From the NCBI GenBank assembly GCA_963743305.1, contig CAVUPH010000010.1, forward strand, positions 32,001 through 96,000: a stretch of DNA of 64,000 bases, in the 5' to 3' direction. The translations under genes were made by a program, and so were the position numbers. Origin of the DNA: an uncultured delta proteobacterium (GTDB lineage: Bacteria; Desulfobacterota; RBG-13-43-22). Below are positions 51,766 to 60,768 of this stretch, piece by piece; the first letter of the stretch is position 1; each line of letters begins with the position of its first letter. The notes below the pieces were generated by a model. The model did no database searches. It saw nothing but the letters and a program-made list of their open reading frames with translations, and was not told where the DNA came from.

Positions 51766-53016
51766 ATGGCGAACGACACATTAACACCCCAAACCGAAAG
51801 GCTCTTGGTGTGCCTGGGGCCGGGCGCTTCTTCCGCCGGACTCATAAACGCCGCCGGCAGAATGGCCGCTGATCTAAAGGCCCAATGGTTTGTGATATTT
51901 GTCGAAGACCCCAAGACGCTGCTGCTGCCGGAAGAGGCTCGCAACCGCATCTTCGGCAATTTGCGTTTGGCGGAGCAAATGGGGGCCAAGACCTTTACCC
52001 TTACCGGCCGCCATGTAGCCGAAGAAATTATACGCTTTGCCGGAGAGCGGAAAATCACCAGGATTGTCCTCGGCAAACCAGGCGGCTCCTTTTGGGAAAA
52101 ATTTTTCTTGAGGAGCCCGGTGGATAAACTGGTCCGGATGAGCGGAGAGACGGATGTTTACGTTATTAGCGGAGAAGCTGGGGAACAAAGAGCGGCACCC
52201 TACACGATTCGACCCCAAAGAATCCGTTTGTCCGACTATGGAGCAGGCTTCTTGTTTTTTATCTTGGCTTCCCTGCTCTGCTTTTTGATGTTCCCCTACT
52301 TTCACCTCAATAATTTGATTATGGTCTATCTGCTGGGCGTCATGATAACGGCCGCTTCCTGCGGCCGGGGACCGGCGATCCTTTGTTCTTTCTTAAGCGT
52401 TCTGGGGTTTGATTTCTTTTTTGTCCCCCCACGTTTTTCATTCACCGTGGAAGAGGCTCAGTATATCGTTACCTTCATCGTCATGTTTCTGGTTGCTTTG
52501 GTCATCAGTCACCTGGCTAACCGGTTGCGGCAACAAGCCGAACTCGCCCGTTACCAGGAACGGCAGACCACCGCCATGCATGGTCTCAGTCGCCAACTTG
52601 CCGGCACGAGAGGAACGGAAAAAATCTTCCAGGTTGCCGTGAACTATATTTCGGAGATTTTTGATAGCCAGGTTGCGGCCTTGGTTTCGAACGGGCAAGA
52701 GAAGCTTAAAGTGGTTGCCGGGGATCCCTCCTCCGTCTTTTACCGGGATATCACCAAAGAAATCAAGAGCGCCCACTTGGCCTATGACAGCGGGCAAATT
52801 ACCGGGTTGGGCACGGGGTCCTCTCCGACATCCGAAAACCACTATGTGCCGATTCGAGCGGCCGATTCCACTTTGGGAGTTTTGGTCTTACGGCCCTCAG
52901 ATCGAAACCGCTTCCAGCACCCGGAACAGTTGAATCTTTTGGAATCATTGGTCAAGCAAGTTGCCCTCTCATTAGAGGTCGAGCACTTGGATAGAAATGA
53001 AAAATCCAAGGTCTGA
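51766..53016 (+). CDS. KdpD membrane part (Usp + 4 TM + GAF), no kinase domain
   Basis: RLLVCLG...NLRLAEQMGA, NLIMVYLLGV, FDFFFVPPRFSF, GAF; stops where the HisKA helix would start. Confidence 0.85.
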   Translation: MANDTLTPQTERLLVCLGPGASSAGLINAAGRMAADLKAQWFVIFVEDPKTLLLPEEARNRIFGNLRLAEQMGAKTFTLTGRHVAEEIIRFAGERKITRIVLGKPGGSFWEKFFLRSPVDKLVRMSGETDVYVISGEAGEQRAAPYTIRPQRIRLSDYGAGFLFFILASLLCFLMFPYFHLNNLIMVYLLGVMITAASCGRGPAILCSFLSVLGFDFFFVPPRFSFTVEEAQYIVTFIVMFLVALVISHLANRLRQQAELARYQERQTTAMHGLSRQLAGTRGTEKIFQVAVNYISEIFDSQVAALVSNGQEKLKVVAGDPSSVFYRDITKEIKSAHLAYDSGQITGLGTGSSPTSENHYVPIRAADSTLGVLVLRPSDRNRFQHPEQLNLLESLVKQVALSLEVEHLDRNEKSKV

Positions 53017-53089
53017 GGCATGAAAAGGTGATGGAGCTAAAATCCTTTATCCCTGGAATCCTGGAATCCTGGATTTTCGTATTTAACCT

Positions 53090-54766
53090 ATGAGCAACGA
53101 CCGAGCAGACGCCTTTCTGAGAATGATCCGCCACTCCCAGCGTGGCCGGTTGAAGGTCTATCTGGGCTATTGCCCGGGGGTGGGCAAGACCTATCAGATG
53201 CTCCAGGAAGGTCATCGGCTTAAAAATGATGGGATCGATGTGATCGTCGGGCTCGTGGAAACCCACGGCCGGGCCGATATCGCCAAACTGATTGGAGGGC
53301 TGGAGGTCATCCCCCGGCGCCGGCAGGAATACCGCGGCGTTCCGGTAGAAGAAATGGATGTGGAGGCCATTCTGGCCCGCAAACCCCGGGTGGCCCTTAT
53401 CGACGAACTGGCTCATACCAATGTTCCCGGCAGCCTGAACCAAAAACGCTATCAGGACGTTCAGGACATCCTGGCCGCCGGGATCCATGTCATCACCACT
53501 TTGAATGTCCAACATTTGGAAAGTCTCTATGATATGGTCGAAAAGGCCGTCGGGGTCAAAGTCCGGGAACGCCTTCCCGATTCGGTCCTGGCGGAAGCCG
53601 ACCAGATCGTCGACGTGGATTTGTCCACCGAAGACTTACAAAAACGATTGGAAGAAGGAAAGATCTATCCCCGCGAGCGTATCCAGACCGCGCTCAGTAA
53701 TTTTTTCAGGACTTCCAATCTGGAAAAGCTTCGGGAACTCACCCTTCGGGAACTCGCCTCCCAGATTGATTCTAGGAGGCGGGAGACGGAGGAAAAAGAA
53801 AGCGATATCACGCCCGACCAGATCATGGTCTGCTTGAGTTCGCGTGGACCCAATAGCGATAAACTACTCCGGTATGCCTCGCGCTTAGCCGGGAAACTGA
53901 ATCGAAACTGGTATGCCGTTTATGTTCAGACCCCTTCCGAAGAAGCCACGGTCATCGACGTCCGAACCCAGCGTCACCTCTCAGACACCTTGACCTTGGC
54001 CAAGCAATTAGGCGCCTTGGTGTTTACCTATAAGGGAGAGGAGATCGTCGATACCATCCTTCGCTTTGCCAAGGAATACCGGGTGGGTCATATCATTATC
54101 GGAAGGCCGGGGGCCAAACCTTTTTTTAAAAAATTCGGAAAGAATAACGATATTGTCGGCGAACTGATCAAAAAAGCCTTGGGGATCACAGTGATCATTC
54201 TGGACACCAGTGAAGAAGGCCCTCCCAAGGCTCAGCTCCCTGGGGTGATCCCGGAAGTGACTACGACCGTTTCAATTCCTTCCGAAACCAAACCCCCGTC
54301 CCAGGAGCAGTTGAGGTTGTCCCAACTTCTATCAGCGCACCAGATCATCCTTTGGGATATGCCGGTGGGAAAAGAGGTTATTCTCCACGAATTGACGGAA
54401 GCTCTGGCCAAGCAGAATAGCCTTGGTGATCCGGAGATCTTATTGCAGGAGGTCCTTAAGCGGGAAGAACTGGGATCGACCTTTTTTAATGAGGGGGTGG
54501 CCTTCCCCCACACCCGGATCAACGGACTGACGACCCCTGTAGTAGCCCTGGGGTTAACCAGAAAAGGGGTTTCCGATGTCCTTACTGAAAAACCCGTTGA
54601 GATTGTTTTTTTGATCCTATCTCCGGCCCAAATCCCCGATATTCAGGTCAAGGTGTTAGGTCTGACCAGTCGAGCGGCCCAAAACAGACAGCTTCTGCAA
54701 AGTCTCAAATCAGCCCAAACCCCAGAAGAGGTGTTAACAGCTTTTCGCGATTGGGAAACGCCCTAG
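53090..54766 (+). CDS. KdpD N-terminal sensor + Usp fused to a PTS EIIA (Ntr/Fru-type) domain
   Basis: GRLKVYLGYCPGVGKT, DELAHTN and TLNVQHLES; Usp; REELGSTFFNEGVAFPHTR with the EIIA phospho-His. Confidence 0.88.
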   Translation: MSNDRADAFLRMIRHSQRGRLKVYLGYCPGVGKTYQMLQEGHRLKNDGIDVIVGLVETHGRADIAKLIGGLEVIPRRRQEYRGVPVEEMDVEAILARKPRVALIDELAHTNVPGSLNQKRYQDVQDILAAGIHVITTLNVQHLESLYDMVEKAVGVKVRERLPDSVLAEADQIVDVDLSTEDLQKRLEEGKIYPRERIQTALSNFFRTSNLEKLRELTLRELASQIDSRRRETEEKESDITPDQIMVCLSSRGPNSDKLLRYASRLAGKLNRNWYAVYVQTPSEEATVIDVRTQRHLSDTLTLAKQLGALVFTYKGEEIVDTILRFAKEYRVGHIIIGRPGAKPFFKKFGKNNDIVGELIKKALGITVIILDTSEEGPPKAQLPGVIPEVTTTVSIPSETKPPSQEQLRLSQLLSAHQIILWDMPVGKEVILHELTEALAKQNSLGDPEILLQEVLKREELGSTFFNEGVAFPHTRINGLTTPVVALGLTRKGVSDVLTEKPVEIVFLILSPAQIPDIQVKVLGLTSRAAQNRQLLQSLKSAQTPEEVLTAFRDWETP

Positions 54767-54862
54767 CTCAACATATTATCGCCAGTCTGTCCCTATCCCG
54801 GCTATCTTGGCAGTCAGTTGTGCCAGTGCCCAATTCATCCCCTTTGAACCGGAGGTCGAAAG

Positions 54863-54940
54863 ATTAGCGCCCAGTGCGGTGAGATCTTAGTCAGCCTGGA
54901 GGAAGCCGTAAAGGCCCGGGAATTCAAAGCCACCCGATAA
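54863..54940 (+). repeat. 78-bp direct copy of 42337-42414 (3' end of the four-helix-bundle gene)
   Basis: 75/78 identical by direct comparison. Confidence 0.92.
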
Positions 54941-55090
54941 CCCCCACCCTTTTTTTCTTTTAGACTGATCCGGATCTTCCGGCACACCTAAGATAAGACT
55001 TTCAACGATATCTGCCGATCGGGAGGATCTTCATTTAACCGCAAGATCAGTAATACTAACTTTAATTGTTAATGTTTCAGCATAAATCAC

Positions 55091-55121
55091 TTGACATTGT
55101 TTTCAGTTTTGATAATAGTTT
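55091..55121 (+). promoter_or_regulatory. possible sigma70 promoter of the glutamate synthase gene
   Basis: Perfect TTGACA at 55091; the -10 position is ambiguous within GATAATAGTTT. Confidence 0.45.
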
Positions 55122-55146
55122 ACTGTTATTTTTAGTATAGATGAAT

Positions 55147-55231
55147 CCTGGGTACAAAGGCGTTCCCCGGCCGAATCCGTTGAGTAGAAGACAAAGGCGT
55201 CTATCCTCTTCAAGGGGAGACGCCTTTTTTT
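55147..55231 (+). promoter_or_regulatory. ANTAR-target leader: two AAAGGC hexaloop hairpins, the second overlapping an intrinsic terminator
   Basis: AC-AAAGGC-GT (55154-55163), AGAC-AAAGGC-GTCT (55189-55202); terminator AAAGGCGTCT...AGACGCCTTT followed by a T-run. Confidence 0.85.
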
Positions 55232-55261
55232 ATTTAAAAATTAATTAAGGGAGGGAAAACC

Positions 55262-56854
55262 ATGAACCTGTCACAACCGAATTCCAATGAGGCCACACGA
55301 ACGTTCAACCGGTCCAAGAGCGTGGTTCCCATGAGCGGGATCTGCTCCCGGTGTATCGACGGCTGCCGGGGAAACTGCGAGGTCTTCAAAGCCACCTTCC
55401 GCGGCCGGGAGCTGCTCTATCCCGGTCCGTTCGGCGACATTACCGCCGGTGGGGACAAAAATTACCCGCTGGATTATTCCCACCTGAATATCCAGGGTTA
55501 TGCCCTGGGGGCCAAAGGACTCCCCGAGGGGGTGGCAGGTAATCCCGACACGGCCCGCTTTCCTGCGGTCAATACCGAAACGGAATACGGCTGGGACCTG
55601 AAGGTGAAGATGGCCACCCCGGTTTTTACCGGAGCGTTGGGATCCACCGAGATCGCCCGGAAAAACTGGGAACACTTTGCCGTGGGGGCGGCTATCACCG
55701 GTGTAACCATCGTCTGCGGCGAGAACGTCTGCGGGATCGATCCCGGCCTGGAACTGGATAAAAATAATAAGGTCACCCTGGCCCCGGATATGGACCGCCG
55801 CATCGAAACCTATCGCCGCTACTACCGCGGCTACGGCGAGATCCTCATCCAGATGAACGTGGAGGATACCCGGCTCGGGGTGGCCGAATACGTGATCAAC
55901 AAGCACGGGATCGAAACCATCGAGTTGAAATGGGGCCAGGGCGCCAAATGCATCGGCGGGGAAATCAAGGTCAACTCGCTGGAGCGGGCACTCGAACTGC
56001 AGCGTCGGGGTTATATCGTTACCCCTGACCCTTCCAGTTCGGCCAGTCAGGCGGCCTTTAAAAGCGGGTCCATCCAGGAATTCGAACGGCACAGCCGGCT
56101 GGGTTTTATCGATGAGGAAGGTTTTTATGCCGAGTGTGATCGGCTCCGCAAGCTGGGTTTCAAACGCATCACTTTGAAGACCGGGGCCTACGGACTTCGG
56201 GAGTTGGCCATGGCCCTGAAGTGGAGTTCCAAGGCCAAAATCGACCTGCTGACCATCGACGGCGCCCCGGGTGGCACCGGCATGAGCCCCTGGCGGATGA
56301 TGGAAGAATGGGGCCTGCCTTCTCTTTATCTTCATTCCGCCGCCTGCGAGTTTGCGGATGTCTTGGCCAGGCGCGGAGAACGGGTGCCCGACCTGGCCTT
56401 CGCCGGCGGTTTCAGTTCGGAAGACGGGATTTTCAAAGCCCTGGCCCTGGGGGCCCCCTATGTGAAAGCGGTCTGCATGGGCCGAGCCCTGATGATACCG
56501 GGCATGGTCGGGAAAAATATCGAAAAATGGATGGCCGCCAAAGATCTGCCCAAGACGGTCAGCGAATTTGGGACTACGCCGGAGGAGATCTTCGTCAATT
56601 ATGAAGACGTGGCCAACATCGTCGGTAAGGCGGAGATCAAGAAGATTCCGCTGGGAGCTATCGGGATCTACAGCTACGCCAACAAACTGCAGGTCGGCCT
56701 GCAGCAATTGATGGCCGGAGCCCGGTGTTTCAACCTGGCGGCCATCACTCGGAATGAATTGATGTCCCTGACCGAGGAATGCGCCGCGGTTACCGGAATT
56801 CCCTATATCATGGATTGCTACCGGGATGAAGCCATTGCGGTTCTACTAAAATAG
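55262..56854 (+). CDS. FMN-binding glutamate synthase family protein (stand-alone FMN domain)
   Basis: ELKWGQGAK, TIDGAPGGTG and KALALGA; Cys cluster CSRCIDGCRGNC. Confidence 0.88.
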   Translation: MNLSQPNSNEATRTFNRSKSVVPMSGICSRCIDGCRGNCEVFKATFRGRELLYPGPFGDITAGGDKNYPLDYSHLNIQGYALGAKGLPEGVAGNPDTARFPAVNTETEYGWDLKVKMATPVFTGALGSTEIARKNWEHFAVGAAITGVTIVCGENVCGIDPGLELDKNNKVTLAPDMDRRIETYRRYYRGYGEILIQMNVEDTRLGVAEYVINKHGIETIELKWGQGAKCIGGEIKVNSLERALELQRRGYIVTPDPSSSASQAAFKSGSIQEFERHSRLGFIDEEGFYAECDRLRKLGFKRITLKTGAYGLRELAMALKWSSKAKIDLLTIDGAPGGTGMSPWRMMEEWGLPSLYLHSAACEFADVLARRGERVPDLAFAGGFSSEDGIFKALALGAPYVKAVCMGRALMIPGMVGKNIEKWMAAKDLPKTVSEFGTTPEEIFVNYEDVANIVGKAEIKKIPLGAIGIYSYANKLQVGLQQLMAGARCFNLAAITRNELMSLTEECAAVTGIPYIMDCYRDEAIAVLLK

Positions 56855-56864
56855 GCAAAAATAG

Positions 56865-56900
56865 AAAAGGCCCTGGGGATTGATCCCGGGGCCTTTTTTT
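56865..56900. terminator. bidirectional intrinsic terminator
   Basis: AAAAGGCCCTGGGGAT-TG-ATCCCGGGGCCTTTTTTT between convergent genes. Confidence 0.85.
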
Positions 56901-56916
56901 ATGGGTGTTCGTCCTA

Positions 56917-58197
56917 TTATTTTACGAGCCACCAGAGCAGCGTGGCGGGGTCCGGTCCAGGGTTTGACCAGGCGTTGGGGATCTCGGAGGTCAGGCGGAT
57001 GAGATCTCCGGGAAGAAGTTCATGCTCTCCGGATCCCATCTTAACCAATAATTTTCCGGAAAGGAGGTAACCCATTTCTTCGCCCTTGTGGAGGAAAAAA
57101 TGGCCGGACAGGTTTTGCCGCGGAGGGATCTCGATCAGAAAGGGTTCGGCCTTGGTCTCCAGGTCCACCGGGATCAAGCGCTTCGCTTGAATACCGAACT
57201 CGGGCATGCCGGTCATCCTCAGGCCCGTCGCCTCCCGCAAAGGGAAAATGATCCGGCTTTTTTCCTTCACCGGATCGAGGAAAAAAGAACTGCTTTCCAC
57301 CGCCAGGATCTCGGCCATTTTAAACAGGGCCGGCAAAGAGGGATAAATCAGATTGCTCTCGACCTGAGAAATGGTGCTGGGGGTGACCCCGACCGATTGA
57401 GCGAGTTCCGTTTGGGAGAGACCTCGCTTGAGACGAAGCGCTTTGATGCGCTGGCCCAGGTCCAGGAGGCCGGATGGGCGGCGTTCGTCATTAAAGGTAA
57501 TATGTAAATCTTTGACCCAGTATTTATGAGGCTGATGGAGGTTGTCTAACTTACGTTTCTCGGCCTTCAAGACGGTCAGGGAAGTGGTCCCCCTTTTGAT
57601 GGCCAGATCAATGGCCACTTGGGCGATTTGGCTGATCTGGGCTCGAAACCGGGGAGAGTGGGCCTTTTTTTCCATGACCCAATAGGCGATGGTCTTCAGC
57701 TCGTAGAGGCGGGGGCAGGAATGGGAATAAAAATTAAGCACCTGGTCTTCACCCCCCCAGAGTTCCTGCATGCCGGTTAAACTTTCAAAGACAAAACGGA
57801 CATCTCCCTTTTGGGTGCCATGCAGGATATAGAGGGCCTCGGTTACCTGCCTCAGGTCCCGGGGATTCTCCACCTGAACCAGTTTAAAAGGGCCTTGGGA
57901 TTCTATTTGTTCATAAAATTTCAAAAAGATCGATGAACCGGCCCCTTTGCCGAAGGTGAAGCAATCCAGGATAAGCAGAGCGGGGTTTTGAGCCAGGGGC
58001 CCCAGTTTTTCCAACAAATTTTTAGGGGAACGGTCAAAGGTCACATAGATGAGCGGTTTTTTCTGGACTTGGGAAATCCGAATGAAATTCAAACAGAAAA
58101 CCGAGGCCAAACTGCCCGCATCATCATACCAAACCACGTTATCTCCGATGAACAGGCCTTCCAGAAGGAAATCCAGTTGTTCGACCCCGGAGGCCAC
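56917..58197 (-). CDS. RecA/KaiC-like (degenerate) domain + XRE HTH + cupin regulator
   Basis: SGVEQLDFLLEGL start, no intact Walker A; GLSQTELAQSVGVTPSTISQVE HTH; HKGEEMGYLLSG cupin; the true start may be the out-of-frame ATG at 58228. Confidence 0.8.
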   Translation of the reverse strand: MASGVEQLDFLLEGLFIGDNVVWYDDAGSLASVFCLNFIRISQVQKKPLIYVTFDRSPKNLLEKLGPLAQNPALLILDCFTFGKGAGSSIFLKFYEQIESQGPFKLVQVENPRDLRQVTEALYILHGTQKGDVRFVFESLTGMQELWGGEDQVLNFYSHSCPRLYELKTIAYWVMEKKAHSPRFRAQISQIAQVAIDLAIKRGTTSLTVLKAEKRKLDNLHQPHKYWVKDLHITFNDERRPSGLLDLGQRIKALRLKRGLSQTELAQSVGVTPSTISQVESNLIYPSLPALFKMAEILAVESSSFFLDPVKEKSRIIFPLREATGLRMTGMPEFGIQAKRLIPVDLETKAEPFLIEIPPRQNLSGHFFLHKGEEMGYLLSGKLLVKMGSGEHELLPGDLIRLTSEIPNAWSNPGPDPATLLWWLVK

Positions 58198-58239
58198 CTT
58201 TAATTTTTCCGCCGCCGCTTTTCGCCATGGGTACTGTTC

Positions 58240-58473
58240 CTAATCGGATTTCTTATTTTCGGAGGAAAGGTTGCCTTTGGCTTCCGCCTCCAGTTGATAG
58301 CGCCTGGGGCTTCTTCGGCAATTTTCCCAGATGATACAGGCGGTCCGGAACTTACAATAGCCGCAAGGGTCGGTGCAGGCCATGCAATCCTCCAGGCATT
58401 CCAGGCAGTAGCCGATTTCCAGCTTACTGCATTTAACCGCGGCTTCCCGATCGGGATGAAAACGGCATTGCAT
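58240..58473 (-). CDS. small Cys-rich putative metal-binding protein
   Basis: CRFHPDREA..KC...YCLEC...C..C..PCGYCKFRTAC; operonic spacing with dedA. Confidence 0.7.
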   Translation of the reverse strand: MQCRFHPDREAAVKCSKLEIGYCLECLEDCMACTDPCGYCKFRTACIIWENCRRSPRRYQLEAEAKGNLSSENKKSD

Positions 58474-58486
58474 AAAGATGAACCCC

Positions 58487-59146
58487 TTACTGTTTATCCG
58501 CTAACCGGGTGGTAAGTCGGCGTTGTCTCAGGTACTCAATGACCCCCGGCATTACGGAGATGAGGATGATGACCAAAATGACCAGGGTAAAATTTTTCTT
58601 CACCACCGCCATATTTCCGAAATAATATCCGCCCAGAACAAAAAGGGCGATCCAGGCGACTCCTCCGACTACATTATAAGCCAGGAACCAGGAATAAGAC
58701 ATCCGTCCGATGCCGGCCACAAAAGGGGCAAAGGTCCGGATGATCGGTACAAAGCGAGCGATGATAATCGTCTTTCCCCCATGCCGTTCGTAGAAAGCAT
58801 GGGTTCGTTCCAGGTATTCCTTTTTAAAAAGCCGGGAGCTTTCCCGTTGAAAGACTTTGGGTCCAACATAATTCCCGATCCAGTAGTTGGCCGTATCCCC
58901 GGCCACGGCGGCGATACTTAGCAGGACCAACAGCCACCAAGGATCCAGCGACCCGAGGGCGGCGAAGGCGCCGGCTGCAAACAGGAGGGAATCGCCGGGC
59001 AGGATCGGGGTGACCACCAGTCCGGTTTCACAAAAAATGACAATAAACAGAATGAGGTACGTCCAAAGCCCGTAAGCCTGGATGACGGCATTGAGGTGTT
59101 TATCTAAATGGAGAAACAATTCCAACAGTTGATTGAACCATTCCAT
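58487..59146 (-). CDS. dedA: DedA family membrane protein
   Basis: [19 protein letters not shown] and [16 protein letters not shown]. Confidence 0.95.
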   Translation of the reverse strand: MEWFNQLLELFLHLDKHLNAVIQAYGLWTYLILFIVIFCETGLVVTPILPGDSLLFAAGAFAALGSLDPWWLLVLLSIAAVAGDTANYWIGNYVGPKVFQRESSRLFKKEYLERTHAFYERHGGKTIIIARFVPIIRTFAPFVAGIGRMSYSWFLAYNVVGGVAWIALFVLGGYYFGNMAVVKKNFTLVILVIILISVMPGVIEYLRQRRLTTRLADKQ

Positions 59147-59421
59147 GGGCGTTCATTTCCTTTTTAAGGAATAGGGGAGTCTGCTCCCGTTGTCAGCGTG
59201 TCGGGTAGTGTATACCATATCCTCTTGATAAAAAACAACCATCGAGGACTGAAGATCTTAGGGGGAAACCTGCGAACCGGCTGCACCGGGAAGGGCCAAG
59301 AAAAGGACAAAAAAAAAGGAAGGCACTGCGGGCCTTTTCTCTTTTGAAGAATCGACCCTCCTTCCCTTTTAAAGGTGAGGCTAAATTATTAAAATTTACC
59401 TAGCGAACAACAACCACCCGG

Positions 59422-59619
59422 CTATTTCTTTTTAGCCGGGGCCTTTTTGGCCGGGGCCTTGGAAGCGGCGGCTTTCTTGGCCGGAGCGGCCTTTTTGGCC
59501 GGCGCCTTTTTGGCCGTCGCTTTCTTGCTTGGGCTCTTGGCGGTCGTGGCTGCTTTCTTGGGAGCGGCCTTCGCGGTTGCTTTCTTCGCCGGAGCCTTTG
59601 CTTTTTTGGTTGCTGCCAT
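59422..59619 (-). CDS. histone H1-like Lys/Ala-rich basic protein
   Basis: MAATKKAKAPAKKA... with PAKK repeats; GGAGG RBS; strong promoter upstream. Confidence 0.85.
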   Translation of the reverse strand: MAATKKAKAPAKKATAKAAPKKAATTAKSPSKKATAKKAPAKKAAPAKKAAASKAPAKKAPAKKK

Positions 59620-59656
59620 GGTGTCTCCTCCTTTCGGATATATGGTATTTGTTGCG

Positions 59657-59685
59657 ATTTTAGAATACCATATATAGTATGTCAA
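59657..59685 (-). promoter_or_regulatory. sigma70 promoter
   Basis: TTGACA-N17-TAAAAT on the minus strand, 37 bp upstream of the H1-like ATG. Confidence 0.8.
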
Positions 59686-59738
59686 GAAAAAAATACAATT
59701 TTGACAGGAATAATTTATTTTTTTTCAAAATAATTTAT

Positions 59739-60755
59739 TCAGGACAGGCCGACCCCCGCCAGCGCTTCCAGGCATTGAGGGCAGCGGCCTTGATTCAATT
59801 CATTTTTCAAAATGGTAAATCCAAATCGGTCCAGCAGTAGACGGCCGCAGTGATGGCAATAGGTTTTCTCCCCTTGATCGCCGGGCACATTCCCGGTGTA
59901 GACATAATGGAGTCCCACTTCCCGGCCGATTTCCCAAGCCTGCTGCAGGGTCTTGACCGGTGTAACCGGCAGGTCGGTTAGACGAAACGTCGGGTGAAAA
60001 CGGCTGATGTGCCAGGGGGTCTCCGGACCCAGTTCCTGGAGGATGAAGGTGGCCAATTCCCGCAATTCTTCCTTCGAATCGTTCAGGGTGGGAATGATTA
60101 AGGTGGTGATTTCCAGCCAGACCCCCATTTCCTTCATGGACTTCAAGGTCTTCAGGACCGGAGACAGTTTGGCCCCGCATTGCTTTTGATAAAAGGCTTC
60201 CCGAAAGGACTTCAAATCCACATTGGCCCCGTGGAGCAGGGGATGAATAGATTGCAGTGCCTCCGCGGACATATACCCGTTGGTGACGAAGACGTTCTTT
60301 AACCCCTGCGCTGCGGCCAGTATGGCGATGTCCTGGGCGTATTCAAAAAAAATGGTCGGCTCCGTATACGTGTAAGCGATGGATTGACAACCGGCCTGCC
60401 GGGCGGCGGCCACGATATCCTCCGGAGAGACCTCCTCACCGGGTATTTTCCCCTGATCCTGGGGCAACTGGGAGATGTCGGCGTTCTGACAGAAAAGGCA
60501 GCGAAAGTTACAGCCGGCGGTGGCCAGGGAAAAGGACCGGGATCCCGGTAAGAAATGAAAGAGCGGCTTTTTCTCAATGGGGTCCACGTGGGTAGCGATG
60601 GGCCGGGCGTAAACCAGTGAATAGAGGCTCCCCTCCCGATTCTCCCGGACCCCGCAGAGTCCTCTTCCCCCCTCCTTAATCAGACAGTGATGGTTGCACA
60701 AGAAGCAGTGGACTTGTTGTTCTTTCTTTTTTTCATAAAACCGAGCCTCCATCAT
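59739..60755 (-). CDS. amrS: AmmeMemoRadiSam system radical SAM enzyme
   Basis: CFLCNHHC, DPIEKKPLFHF, GCNFRCLFCQN and YTYTEP. Confidence 0.9.
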   Translation of the reverse strand: MMEARFYEKKKEQQVHCFLCNHHCLIKEGGRGLCGVRENREGSLYSLVYARPIATHVDPIEKKPLFHFLPGSRSFSLATAGCNFRCLFCQNADISQLPQDQGKIPGEEVSPEDIVAAARQAGCQSIAYTYTEPTIFFEYAQDIAILAAAQGLKNVFVTNGYMSAEALQSIHPLLHGANVDLKSFREAFYQKQCGAKLSPVLKTLKSMKEMGVWLEITTLIIPTLNDSKEELRELATFILQELGPETPWHISRFHPTFRLTDLPVTPVKTLQQAWEIGREVGLHYVYTGNVPGDQGEKTYCHHCGRLLLDRFGFTILKNELNQGRCPQCLEALAGVGLS

Positions 60756-60768
60756 ACTGCACCCCCTC

